Positions 38,437 through 47,438 of a stretch of 64,000 nt of DNA are shown here, one piece after another. The stretch's first letter is position 1, and each line of letters starts with the position of its first letter. The stretch comes from Candidatus Latescibacterota bacterium. GTDB taxonomy: Bacteria > Latescibacterota > UBA2968 > GCA-2709665. The DNA lies in the NCBI GenBank assembly GCA_965203805.1, contig OZ241917.1:864001-928000 (forward strand). Reading direction: 5' to 3'. The notes under the pieces were generated by a model, which was not told the DNA's origin, made no database searches, and saw only the letters and a list, made by a program, of their open reading frames with translations. The translations under genes were made by a program, and so were the position numbers.

Positions 38437-39338
38437 GTTCCGTCTCCTTCCGTTTCGTCTTCCAAGTCGGCATGCGCGAGATCCATTCCAGTCATCTTGA
38501 AGAAAACATCCTCCAGACTTCCACCGACGCATCCGGCGCGGACCTTCAGTTCGTCGACCGTGCCCATGGCGATAAACCTGCCGTGGTGGATGATCGACAC
38601 CCGGTTGCACACCCGTTCCGCCTCGTCCATGTCGTGTGTTGTCAGCAGAACCGTCGCTTCGTGCCGCTCCCGAATACCCATCACGTAATCCTGCACCTGG
38701 CGCTTCGAGACCGGATCCAGCCCCGTCGTCGGTTCATCCATCAGCAACAGAACCGGCGACGTAAATAGCGCGCGCGCCACCGCCACCTTCTGTTGCATGC
38801 CGCGGGACAGGTCTTCCACGGGTTGGTCCACCCGGTCTTCTCCAAACCCCATTTCCGCCAGAATCGCCCTGGCCCGCCGGCGCCCCTCCCGAACGGGAAC
38901 GCCGTACAATCTGGCCGCGTAACTCAGGTTCTCCCACGCCGACAGCTTCTTGAAAAAGGCCGCATCGACGGACACCCGGTTGATATAACGCTTTACGCGC
39001 ATCGCGTCCCGCACCACGTGCAGGCCGAAAACCTGTGCCTCGCCCCTGTCGGGAAAGACCAGGGTCGAAAGGATGCGAATCAGGGTCGATTTGCCCGAAC
39101 CATTTGGACCGAGAATTCCGAAAATCTCACCCCGTTGCACCGTGAATCCGACGCCGTCAACGGCCAGAATTTCCCTGCGGCGGCGCCTGAATCTGCCCAG
39201 GAAGCCGTTCGCCCTGCCGGTCTCGTTATCGGGTACCCGGAAGACCTTGGTCAGGTCCGTCGCCTGGACCGCGGGCGCTTCGTAATCGATGTCCAACGCT
39301 GATTTCCCTTTCCCGGAAGCAACGTCCCGATTCACCAA
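38433..39338 (-). CDS. ABC transporter ATP-binding protein
   Basis: GPNGSGKS, LSRGM, DEPTTGLD. Confidence 0.92.
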   Translation of the reverse strand: MVNRDVASGKGKSALDIDYEAPAVQATDLTKVFRVPDNETGRANGFLGRFRRRRREILAVDGVGFTVQRGEIFGILGPNGSGKSTLIRILSTLVFPDRGEAQVFGLHVVRDAMRVKRYINRVSVDAAFFKKLSAWENLSYAARLYGVPVREGRRRARAILAEMGFGEDRVDQPVEDLSRGMQQKVAVARALFTSPVLLLMDEPTTGLDPVSKRQVQDYVMGIRERHEATVLLTTHDMDEAERVCNRVSIIHHGRFIAMGTVDELKVRAGCVGGSLEDVFFKMTGMDLAHADLEDETEGDGT

Positions 39339-39623
39339 CGCCAGATTGAGTTTGAATACTCCCGTAACTCAGGCGTCGCAAAATCGGGAAAACAGCAGCC
39401 GATATGCATTTCAATTTGGACACAAAAAAGATGCGCGTTCGCGCATCCTGGTATGAACCTGCATTACCTGGCATATGATATCCCAACCCCGTACGCCCTC
39501 CGAAGCCCTTCAATCGCGACGGCGTTTCCCTTCACGGCGGGCAACATCGGCGGCGCAACCTGAACATCCCGACATACACTGGGTTCACCGCCGTGACCGA
39601 TCACCTGAGACGCGACTGCGCGC

Positions 39624-40061
39624 TCAGCGTCCCTTCTGTCCATCGTAGGAATTCTGCGCCGTGACCTCCGTTGATACAGGCAACCCCGAATCCCGCCATC
39701 CGGAGACTTCCACCCCCCCGGTTCCCGGATTGACCTTACCGCCAAAGCCCCCGACCACGTTTGCCACATTCGTGTACCCTGCTTTTTCAAGCATCTGCGC
39801 CGCATACTGTGAACGCACGCCCGACTGGCAGCCGCAGTAGATTCTCGTCTCCCGGCTCAGCACACCCTCCACCACGCCCTGAAAATCCGGGTTGGGCATC
39901 ATGCCGCCGGCCGGACTCTGAAAGGCGACCGGAATATTGATGGCGCCTTCGGGGTGCCCCCGGGCGAATTCCCCTTCGGTCCGAACGTCCAGGTACACCG
40001 CATTGGTATCGGCGTCCAGGGCCGCCTTCGCATCGGAAGGAACAATCTGCTCAATTGCCAT
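39624..40061 (-). CDS. Rhodanese-domain protein
   Basis: LDVRTEGEF..GHPEGA, CQSGVRS. Confidence 0.9.
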   Translation of the reverse strand: MAIEQIVPSDAKAALDADTNAVYLDVRTEGEFARGHPEGAINIPVAFQSPAGGMMPNPDFQGVVEGVLSRETRIYCGCQSGVRSQYAAQMLEKAGYTNVANVVGGFGGKVNPGTGGVEVSGWRDSGLPVSTEVTAQNSYDGQKGR

Positions 40062-40288
40062 AGACGGAACTTCCCTTCGTGTCCTGTCTGCCCACATCCG
40101 TTCGAGGCGCCTCAGCGGCGTTCGTTGCGGATCGCGGAGAGCCAACGATGCACGGATTGCGCCCGCGCGTTCTTGTGCGAAGTACCAATTGCGCGACTGC
40201 AGCCGCAACGCCGGAGATCAAGACGCGCACGTTTTTTTTCAGTTTCGATCATCAAATATACGCCCTTACGGCCCACAGTGCAAGTGCT

Positions 40289-42202
40289 CTACGGTAAACT
40301 GTCGATGTTTCCCAGATCCACCTGCAAAACCTCGAATCCGGCGGCGAAATACAGCGAGCCGTCGACGATTCGCAAATGCTCTCCCATCTCGTCGATCCGG
40401 GGTGCGAATTCAATGTGTTCCCCACGGACTTCCAGCATGCCGACCTTGCCGTTGGCTGAAGTCCACATCCGTCCGGTGGCCCGATCCAGCACGACCTCCC
40501 GGCAACCGGACGGCGCCGGGCCCAGATCGCGCAGATCGCCGGTTTGCGCATTCCACGCGTAGAAGCGACTTCTCTGAAGCGCGAGCACCTCCCCGGAAGG
40601 CAGAACGACCATTACCCGGGCGGCGCCCTCGCCTTCCTGAATTGCCTGTGAACGGTCGACCGCAAGCTGGTCCATGTCGAACGATACCAGCATGCCCGTG
40701 GTCTGCGTGGGCGGCGCCGAGTTCGCATCCGCGAAGATCTCAGTTCCGCAGTAAACCCGGCGGCGTTTCGAATCCACCAGCAGGGAGTTCACCTTCTGAT
40801 CCTCCACGATATGCCGCCAGACCCGGATTTCGCCGGTCTCCGGTTCGATCCGGCTGAGCGCGCCGCCGAGATGCCCGTATTCCGGACTGGTGGACATCCA
40901 GACGTACCGCCCGTCGTGAAGCAGCCCTGTAGGCCTCATTTGCCCTTCGCGTTGCGCGCTGGCCAGCACTCGCGGATTGTCCGGCCAGTCAGGTTGCGCC
41001 GATGGATCGAACGCCGTTACCGCGGACGTCGTATAGCTGCTTTGCAGAACACGCTCTGTGACCGGTTCCCAGATAATCTGGTTGATCTGCCCCCCGCCCG
41101 GCGCCGCACGTCCGCAATCCTCCCCGTCTCCGGTTTTCATGTCGATCATCCAGAACCGCTGGTTGATGAACGGCGCGCCGAGAATTACGTTCCGTTCCGG
41201 TACGGGGCAGAGCGCGTGCGCGGCCATGGGACCGGTGGATTCCAGGTCGGTACAGTCCGTCCGCCCCGTCTCCACGTCGAATTTGAGCGCAAGGCCGGAA
41301 ATGGTCACGCCGCACACGGCGGTCTTTCCCCATGGATGCAGGGTTGCAGGTCCGCCATCCGACCAGTCCAGCGCCGCCACGTCCCATCTTTCAGCTTCGC
41401 GATGAAGAACGTAGAGACTGCCGTCCGCAGAGCTGTACGCATAAAGCCGGCCGTCGACAACGCAGGCTTTTCCGCCCAGGCCCCCCGTCTCGGGACCCTC
41501 GATGCGCTGTTTCAGTTCGAAACCCGGATATGTCATGAAATGGAGTTCGCCCCGGACAAACGCCGCAAGCGTCTCGCTGTCCCAGAAGAAGGCGTCGGTC
41601 GTGGAACCCACGCCCCGAATGTTCTCAGGTGTGTGGGACTCCGCGGACATGGTTTCCAGATTCAGCAGGACCAGCCGCGCCTGCGGTACGTCGATGGCGA
41701 GCAGGACACGTCCGTCCGGCGCCTCCAGGACATTGTGGCCGTATAGCGCCGTCGGGTATTCCGTATCTATCGGCCGAAAGACCTTTACCAGCCGCGACTC
41801 CCGCCAGTCGTACACGCCAACGTGACCGGGAGAGGCTTCCCACACCGCATACCGGTCAGTCACACACCCGCCCCAGGTGATAGACGTCAATTCGCCGGTT
41901 ATCAGGATCTCAAAGCCGTCGGCGACCGGATCGTACCGGATCAGGTCTCCATTCCCGCAGCCGAGGTAGAGGCAGCCGTCGGCCGCGGTTCTCAACATGT
42001 AGGCCCCGGGGATGCCTTCCGGCAGTTCCCGCATCCCACGGGATCCGGTGTCCGGATTCCAGAAGTAGATGCGACCGCCCGAACTTCCGCCCCAGACGCT
42101 GCTCACCAGATGGTCGTCGCCGAGAAATCGGACATTTGCCACTTCGGCATTGATGAACGGCAAACGGCTGTGAGGAATGGGATAGCGTTTAATGGATGCC
42201 AT
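40289..42202 (-). CDS. Large beta-propeller-like hypothetical protein
   Basis: 637-aa ORF with repeated DG.LY / Y..D..TG strands. Confidence 0.7.
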   Translation of the reverse strand: MASIKRYPIPHSRLPFINAEVANVRFLGDDHLVSSVWGGSSGGRIYFWNPDTGSRGMRELPEGIPGAYMLRTAADGCLYLGCGNGDLIRYDPVADGFEILITGELTSITWGGCVTDRYAVWEASPGHVGVYDWRESRLVKVFRPIDTEYPTALYGHNVLEAPDGRVLLAIDVPQARLVLLNLETMSAESHTPENIRGVGSTTDAFFWDSETLAAFVRGELHFMTYPGFELKQRIEGPETGGLGGKACVVDGRLYAYSSADGSLYVLHREAERWDVAALDWSDGGPATLHPWGKTAVCGVTISGLALKFDVETGRTDCTDLESTGPMAAHALCPVPERNVILGAPFINQRFWMIDMKTGDGEDCGRAAPGGGQINQIIWEPVTERVLQSSYTTSAVTAFDPSAQPDWPDNPRVLASAQREGQMRPTGLLHDGRYVWMSTSPEYGHLGGALSRIEPETGEIRVWRHIVEDQKVNSLLVDSKRRRVYCGTEIFADANSAPPTQTTGMLVSFDMDQLAVDRSQAIQEGEGAARVMVVLPSGEVLALQRSRFYAWNAQTGDLRDLGPAPSGCREVVLDRATGRMWTSANGKVGMLEVRGEHIEFAPRIDEMGEHLRIVDGSLYFAAGFEVLQVDLGNIDSLP

Positions 42203-42329
42203 CGACCCTCCGATCATGCGAACGGCGTTCTTAACTGCCTGCGATGGGTTGCCACGGAAACGACAATAAACCACTCAGGATTGACATAAATAACTGTCGC
42301 ACAATTTAATATAGAGCAATTCTCTTGCG

Positions 42330-42947
42330 TTACTCGATATGTCGGCGCACCTCGATTACCTTTCCCAGGATGGAAAAGGGTTCTCCTTCCTGGCTGGGGA
42401 TGATGGATTCGAAGGACTCGTTCTCCGGATGCAGCTCGATACGGCCGCTTCTGACCCGGTATCTCTTGACCGTCGCCTCCTCTCCCACCAGGGCGACGAC
42501 GATGTCACCCGGCCTGGCTGCCTGTTGCCGGCGGACAATCACGATATCTCCATGGAGGATGCCGGCCCTGAGCATGCTGTCCCCCTGGACCGTCAGGGCG
42601 AAGAGTTCCCCGCTCTCGTACCGGGTCTGCTGCACCGGAAGATAGTCTTCCGGATTCTGTATTGCCGCGGTGAGATCCCCGGCCTGGACCCGCCCCAGCA
42701 CGGGAATCAGGTGGGACGCATGCGCGCCGCCTATTTTGGGCAGGCGGTGGGACCTGGCCTTGCCGGAATCCTTGACCAGCCTGCCCTCCTGGACCAGCGC
42801 CTCCAGATGCTGGCGGGCCGACTGAACCGCGCGGAACCCGAACGCCATCTGGACCTCTCTCGTGCTGGGCGGGGTTCCGTTCAGGATCCGCTCCCTCACG
42901 AACTCATAGATCTTTTCGCGCGTCTGTCCGGGCGGCGTGTAGGCCAA
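42330..42947 (-). CDS. lexA: SOS repressor LexA
   Basis: PPSTRE wHTH, GRVQAG cleavage site, GDSM serine, TVKR lysine. Confidence 0.95.
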   Translation of the reverse strand: MAYTPPGQTREKIYEFVRERILNGTPPSTREVQMAFGFRAVQSARQHLEALVQEGRLVKDSGKARSHRLPKIGGAHASHLIPVLGRVQAGDLTAAIQNPEDYLPVQQTRYESGELFALTVQGDSMLRAGILHGDIVIVRRQQAARPGDIVVALVGEEATVKRYRVRSGRIELHPENESFESIIPSQEGEPFSILGKVIEVRRHIE

Positions 42948-43014
42948 GGTGCGCTCCTCGGTTCGATCTGCGACAAATCGCTGACGACCGGCTGGAACTC
43001 ACCGTAAAAAAAAC

Positions 43015-43036
43015 AGACAAATATCTGTCTTGTCAA
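43015..43036 (-). promoter_or_regulatory. lexA -35 with adjacent palindrome (candidate SOS box)
   Basis: TTGACA immediately followed by AGACAGATATTTGTCT (AGACA-N6-TGTCT). Confidence 0.55.
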
Positions 43037-43183
43037 GAGAATTCGGGCAGAATTGACGTTCGGTAGGGAAATGAACATGCGCGGACCGACGGGATGAACT
43101 GGAATCAGTCTATTGGGGTGGTGTCTGGCTTGTTCATGTTTCCCAACCTTGCGCCGAAGTCAGGATGACCGTTAGATGGGAAT

Positions 43184-43570
43184 TCAATCGGAATGAGCAG
43201 ATGCGGGGCGTTCCGACGGTTCCGGCTGACGCGGCCGACGTCTTTCATTGGACTGAGTGGATAGTCTGACTTCGATACTGCAATCGATTCTGTCCTGGAG
43301 GATGTGGAGAATATGCGTGAGATTGTCCATTGTAGGATTACCCTTTAACGATAACATCCGATGGACACTCTTGCTTGGCTTGTTGAGCTTCTTCGCCAAT
43401 GATTCGAAGCCGATCGTTGAATTTACCAGGTCTCGAAGAACAAGCCGGGACGTCTCGGAATCGCCACCTAGAAATGACGAGATCGCCTCATTCATCAGAG
43501 ATGCGGCAAAATCAGGGTCTCTTTGCGCCCTTTCTCTAACGGTGTGCCTGTAATCACGCGTCAGCGCCAT
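43184..43570 (-). CDS. Orphan addiction-module antidote (HigA-like HTH)
   Basis: ALTRDY..TV..RAQRDP.F, GFESLAK, LS..GNPT..NL; GAGGAG SD. Confidence 0.85.
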   Translation of the reverse strand: MALTRDYRHTVRERAQRDPDFAASLMNEAISSFLGGDSETSRLVLRDLVNSTIGFESLAKKLNKPSKSVHRMLSLKGNPTMDNLTHILHILQDRIDCSIEVRLSTQSNERRRPRQPEPSERPASAHSD

Positions 43571-43793
43571 CTTCAGCTCCTCGATATGTATTCGTTAATT
43601 TACTGGCGGTATACGAAAAGAACTCCAGTTCGAACAGGACATCCAAGACGCCTTCGTCGCTAGCTGAGCGCCTCTGCTGCTTCAATTGCAATTGGGACTT
43701 TCCCGTCAAGCCTTGACCCAGGCACACGGATATTCTATCTTATACCTATGTCTCCAATAATGTCGGGTTCCAAAAGTGCAACGGAGGTAAAGC

Positions 43794-44360
43794 TTGGTCA
43801 GTAGACCGATCAGAAACGAGGCCTGGTATGAATTCGGTAACTCGGCAAGGTTGGTCCTTTATTTCGAGGCTATGGCAGCGCAATATCGTTCAAATCATAA
43901 TCGTTTTTCGCAGGTGATATTGGTTGGAAGCATAGCCAGCGCGCTGGTCGCCTTATTATTGGCGTTTTTAAATCTCGTGAATTCACCGGTTCTATCCCAT
44001 ACCAACGAAACGGTTCAAGAAGTAGCTCGAATTGTTGCAAGTGTCACGGTCGGAGTGGCAGCCATCTGGAGTCGTTGCTGCAATGATGTCCAAAAGGCAA
44101 TGGTGCTACGCACGATATGGGTAAAATGTAGTCATCTGTCCGATGAGTACAAGGACCTTTGGCTAGAAATCCAAACCCATAGAATCAGTGACGAATTGGC
44201 TTTGCGAAGACTAAAGGAATTGTCTACGGAAATAAAAAAAGCAACCGAAATTATCGGTTTATCAGATATTCCAGAAAATGAAAAGATAAATAGGGAGGTC
44301 ACCGTTGCCGCAGATACCTTATTCGTGCAACAATATGGCGGCATTTACCCACGGACCTAA
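43794..44360 (+). CDS. Two-TM protein, SLATT-like
   Basis: AT-rich 188-aa ORF with two TM segments followed by a helical tail; GGAGG SD; promoter TTGACC-17-TATCTT at 43713-43741. Confidence 0.6.
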   Translation: MVSRPIRNEAWYEFGNSARLVLYFEAMAAQYRSNHNRFSQVILVGSIASALVALLLAFLNLVNSPVLSHTNETVQEVARIVASVTVGVAAIWSRCCNDVQKAMVLRTIWVKCSHLSDEYKDLWLEIQTHRISDELALRRLKELSTEIKKATEIIGLSDIPENEKINREVTVAADTLFVQQYGGIYPRT

Positions 44361-44374
44361 GAAACGGAGGCATT

Positions 44375-44542
44375 GTGAACAATCAAGTTTCAGAAGAGAC
44401 GGTAAAGGATCTGTCATATACGCGAATGACAGTGCATCCGGTAAGGCCGAAAAATATCACTCCACCGGAACCACCACCCCAACCTGAGGAATCCAGCCCA
44501 CCTGAGGCCGGGGCCTCGAATCAGGATGGTGAAACAGAGTAA
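44375..44542 (+). CDS. Small Pro-rich peptide (55 aa, not in ORF track)
   Basis: GGAGG plus GTG; MNNQVSEE...RPKNITPPEPPPQPEESSPPEAG...; followed by a terminator. Confidence 0.5.
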   Translation: MNNQVSEETVKDLSYTRMTVHPVRPKNITPPEPPPQPEESSPPEAGASNQDGETE

Positions 44543-44568
44543 AATTGGAATCGGCTTAGAAAAATCGG

Positions 44569-44599
44569 GGCTTGTCAGCTGAAGCGACAAGCCTTTTTT
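44569..44599 (+). terminator. Intrinsic terminator
   Basis: GGCTTGTC-loop-GACAAGCC-TTTTTT. Confidence 0.8.
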
Positions 44600-44637
44600 G
44601 CTGCATGCAAATTTCGCTGAGAATCACGTGTGAAGAT

Positions 44638-44837
44638 GGGGCAGACATTCCTGTCTGCCCTTCTCATCGGCCTTCTGCCGCAATCGAGGCACAAGGAAGG
44701 ATTGCGCCGCGTTTATCGTGTAGGGTGCGACCGTCCGGTCGCCCTTCCACACATTGAGGATCAATTATCTCGTCCTCGACACAGAATTCCGGAACGTTGT
44801 TTTCACGTACGCGAGCAGACAAGAATGTCTACTCCAC
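44638..44837. repeat. REP/REPIN-like composite
   Basis: GGGGCAGACATTCCTGTCTGCCC (44638-44660), inverted degenerate mate (44813-44837), and internal GTAG-type palindrome GTAGGGTGCGACCGTCCGGTCGCCC (44720-44744). Confidence 0.75.
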
Positions 44838-45006
44838 CGTCCATTGGTCCTTGGCGCCCCGTCTGGATCCGTGTGCCACTGATAAAGTATGTACTTGCTC
44901 CACCCTCTCGAGCTTCTGTGCGTGGAATCGCTCGAATACAACGATAGACGCTCCGTGTTTCGCTTCCTCGGGTGAATCTTGCGCGCCTACCGGTGATTCG
45001 TTTCGT

Positions 45007-46044
45007 TCAAGGTGTTTTCTCGGGCTCAGTGGAAGTGTCCCCGGCTGCAGAGGGCTTCTCGGAGGCGTCCCCCTTATCTTCTGTTGCCGATTGTTCGGTT
45101 ATGGCGCCCTTTTTCACAGGGTCTGACCGCGGGGCAGACGATTGAGTGAGCTTTTCCTTCAGCGCCGACCAGAGTCCCGACAGGCCCCGCTGTGGTCGTG
45201 ACGGCTTCGTCTCTCCGTCGGCATCGGGTTCTTCTTCGCTGTTATCTTCCGGAATCGTCTCTTCGTCGCAGTCGGCCTCCGGGGCGTAAAGCAATACGGT
45301 CGTATTGTCCTGATGAGGCCGTCCCGCCGCTTCCACCGCACTGATAAGCGCGCCGGCGACGTCGTCGAGCGGCACGTCCTTGCGATCGTCCACAATGCGC
45401 GCAATTTCCTCCTCTTCCAGCGTGAACAGTCCGTCGCTCGCCAGGACCACAAGATCGCTCTTCCGCACCGCGACCGGTTGGGACGAAGTGTCCACCAGGT
45501 GGACCTCATCGCCCATCAGCGCGGACCTCAGCGCGTGGCGATTGGAATCCGTCGCCGCCTGCTCCTCGGTCATGCGCCCGGTTGCCACCAGGCTGGCGAG
45601 AACCGGCGCCATCGAGTGGTCCGCATTCAGGCGGCGCAACCGGCCCTCGCGGAACAGCCAGAGTGGGGAATCCCCCACGCTGATCCAGTCGAGCCCATCC
45701 GTCGAGACAACCGCCGCGACCACGGTGGACCCCATGCCCTTCAGTTCGGGACGCTCGTCCACCGCCTCTGCAAGCGCGTCGTTCGCGGCAGTCAGGCACG
45801 CGCGCAGGCGGTCCGTGACCGGCCCGTCCGTTCGGGGATAGGTCTCGACAAACGTCTTGACCACGAGGCTGCTCGCCGTGTCGCCGCTGACGTGCCCACC
45901 CATCCCGTCGGCGAGCAGCAACGCCTCTCCATCGTCCGTGTCGGCTTCCCCGCGCTCGATCAGCCCGAAATCATCCTCCTGGTACTCCCGTCCCCCGGGA
46001 ATCTGCCGGGCGGCAAATCTGCCTTCCAATCGACTCATGGCCAT
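45007..46044 (-). CDS. PP2C-family Ser/Thr phosphatase
   Basis: R..QED, LADGMGGH, VGDS, ASDGL, QDNTT. Confidence 0.92.
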   Translation of the reverse strand: MAMSRLEGRFAARQIPGGREYQEDDFGLIERGEADTDDGEALLLADGMGGHVSGDTASSLVVKTFVETYPRTDGPVTDRLRACLTAANDALAEAVDERPELKGMGSTVVAAVVSTDGLDWISVGDSPLWLFREGRLRRLNADHSMAPVLASLVATGRMTEEQAATDSNRHALRSALMGDEVHLVDTSSQPVAVRKSDLVVLASDGLFTLEEEEIARIVDDRKDVPLDDVAGALISAVEAAGRPHQDNTTVLLYAPEADCDEETIPEDNSEEEPDADGETKPSRPQRGLSGLWSALKEKLTQSSAPRSDPVKKGAITEQSATEDKGDASEKPSAAGDTSTEPEKTP

Positions 46045-46056
46045 TCTCCAACACGA

Positions 46057-47196
46057 CTATCTGATCGTCCGGGCAACGCGAAAACCGTCACTGCTGCCCC
46101 GGTCTCGGGAAGTGTTCCCGTAACGATCCGCCGAACGCAGGCCCCACGGTATGTTATCCCACGAGCCGCCGCGCAACACGCGCTTCGCACAGTCACCGCT
46201 CTCCCATGCCGAACCGCCCGCTGGCGCGCCACCGTAACTGTCATTCCAGCAGTCCTCCACCCACTCCCATACGTTCCCGTGAACGTCATACAGCCCCCAC
46301 GCGTTCGCGCTGAACGCGCCTACAGGCGTCGTTTTCTCAGCATCCCACCGGCTGCCGCAGCCATCGCAATTCGCACGGTTGCGGCCAATCTCATTTCCCC
46401 AGTGATACCTCGATGTCGTACCAGCACGGCCCACATACTCCCACTCCGATTCGCTCAACAAGCGATACCTCTGGCCCGTCCGTTCGGACAACCAGCGCAC
46501 ATACAACTGCGCATCCTCCCAACTCACGTTGATCACCGGGCGATTCCCGCGACCCCAGCCCTCATCTTCAGGGACATATCCACCGCAGCCGTCGGCATTC
46601 GCGCACGCGTCCCACTCGGCAAACGTCACTTCATACATGCCTACAGCGAAACGGTAATCAATCGTCACCCGGTGACGCGGGCGCTCATCAGCAGCACCTT
46701 CCCCACTGCGAGATCCCATCATGAACGAACCCGACGGTACCGCCACCATCCGGGGGCACTCCAAACAATCCCTGAATGTCACACCGACTCTCAACTCTTT
46801 CTCACGCAGTCGCCTCGCCTCGCGCGCCGCAGACAGACGATTTTTCGATGCCATTAACTCGGCATAAGGTACATTGACGGCCCCCAATGAATCCACGTAT
46901 CCTGCGGCCCTATCGAAGTCGCTACGATCCAGGGCTTCCTCAAAATTCGTCCTATATCGAGCAATTGAGCCTTGACGATGACGCTCCGCCTCTTCGGCCG
47001 CCAGCCTCGCCCCTTCCGACTCACGTGCGGCGGATAATCGATGGACCAGCGCTGACAACTCGGAATCAGACGAATTGGCAGCGCGAAGCGAATCGACATA
47101 CCTGCCCGCCGTGTCGAATTCCTTCCGACCCAGCGTTTCCGAAAATTTCCGCTCATATTTAAGTTTATGTATACTCTTACGTTTACATATACTCAA
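46057..47196 (-). CDS. FGE-sulfatase (SUMF1/EgtB/PvdO) domain protein; 5' end uncertain
   Basis: FRDCLECP.MV.VP.GSF.MG, RLLSESEWEY, GLYDVHGNVWEW, RGGSW, GFRVAR. Confidence 0.85.
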   Translation of the reverse strand: MSICKRKSIHKLKYERKFSETLGRKEFDTAGRYVDSLRAANSSDSELSALVHRLSAARESEGARLAAEEAERHRQGSIARYRTNFEEALDRSDFDRAAGYVDSLGAVNVPYAELMASKNRLSAAREARRLREKELRVGVTFRDCLECPRMVAVPSGSFMMGSRSGEGAADERPRHRVTIDYRFAVGMYEVTFAEWDACANADGCGGYVPEDEGWGRGNRPVINVSWEDAQLYVRWLSERTGQRYRLLSESEWEYVGRAGTTSRYHWGNEIGRNRANCDGCGSRWDAEKTTPVGAFSANAWGLYDVHGNVWEWVEDCWNDSYGGAPAGGSAWESGDCAKRVLRGGSWDNIPWGLRSADRYGNTSRDRGSSDGFRVARTIR

Positions 47197-47319
47197 ATAC
47201 GGGATTTCATCGACTCTTCCCGGCGCTGAGATCGAATCGATGGCGCAGGTTAACTGCAGATCATCACGGCCGTCCGAACCAGATACGTGTCTGGATGACG
47301 ATGGTATCGGAGACGGAAG

Positions 47320-47353
47320 AAAAAACGGGGCTACGCCAACTGACTAGCCCCGT
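47320..47353 (-). terminator. Intrinsic terminator
   Basis: ACGGGGCTA stem / TAGCCCCGT plus T-run. Confidence 0.75.
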
Positions 47354-47438
47354 GAGTCCGGATGGTCGAGCCGTACGGTTTCGAACGCGGCACCTGCGCA
47401 TCTGTCAACACACCGACCCCGGTACGGATCGCCAACCC

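Noticed and set aside
39338-39376. Imperfect inverted repeat ACGCC..TGAGTT / AACTCAGGCGT
   Set aside because: Short, interrupted and single-copy in the window; not enough evidence for an IS end.
46057-46200. DGR target (C-terminal variable region of the FGE domain)
   Set aside because: No reverse transcriptase or template repeat was seen in the window; a remote DGR cannot be excluded.
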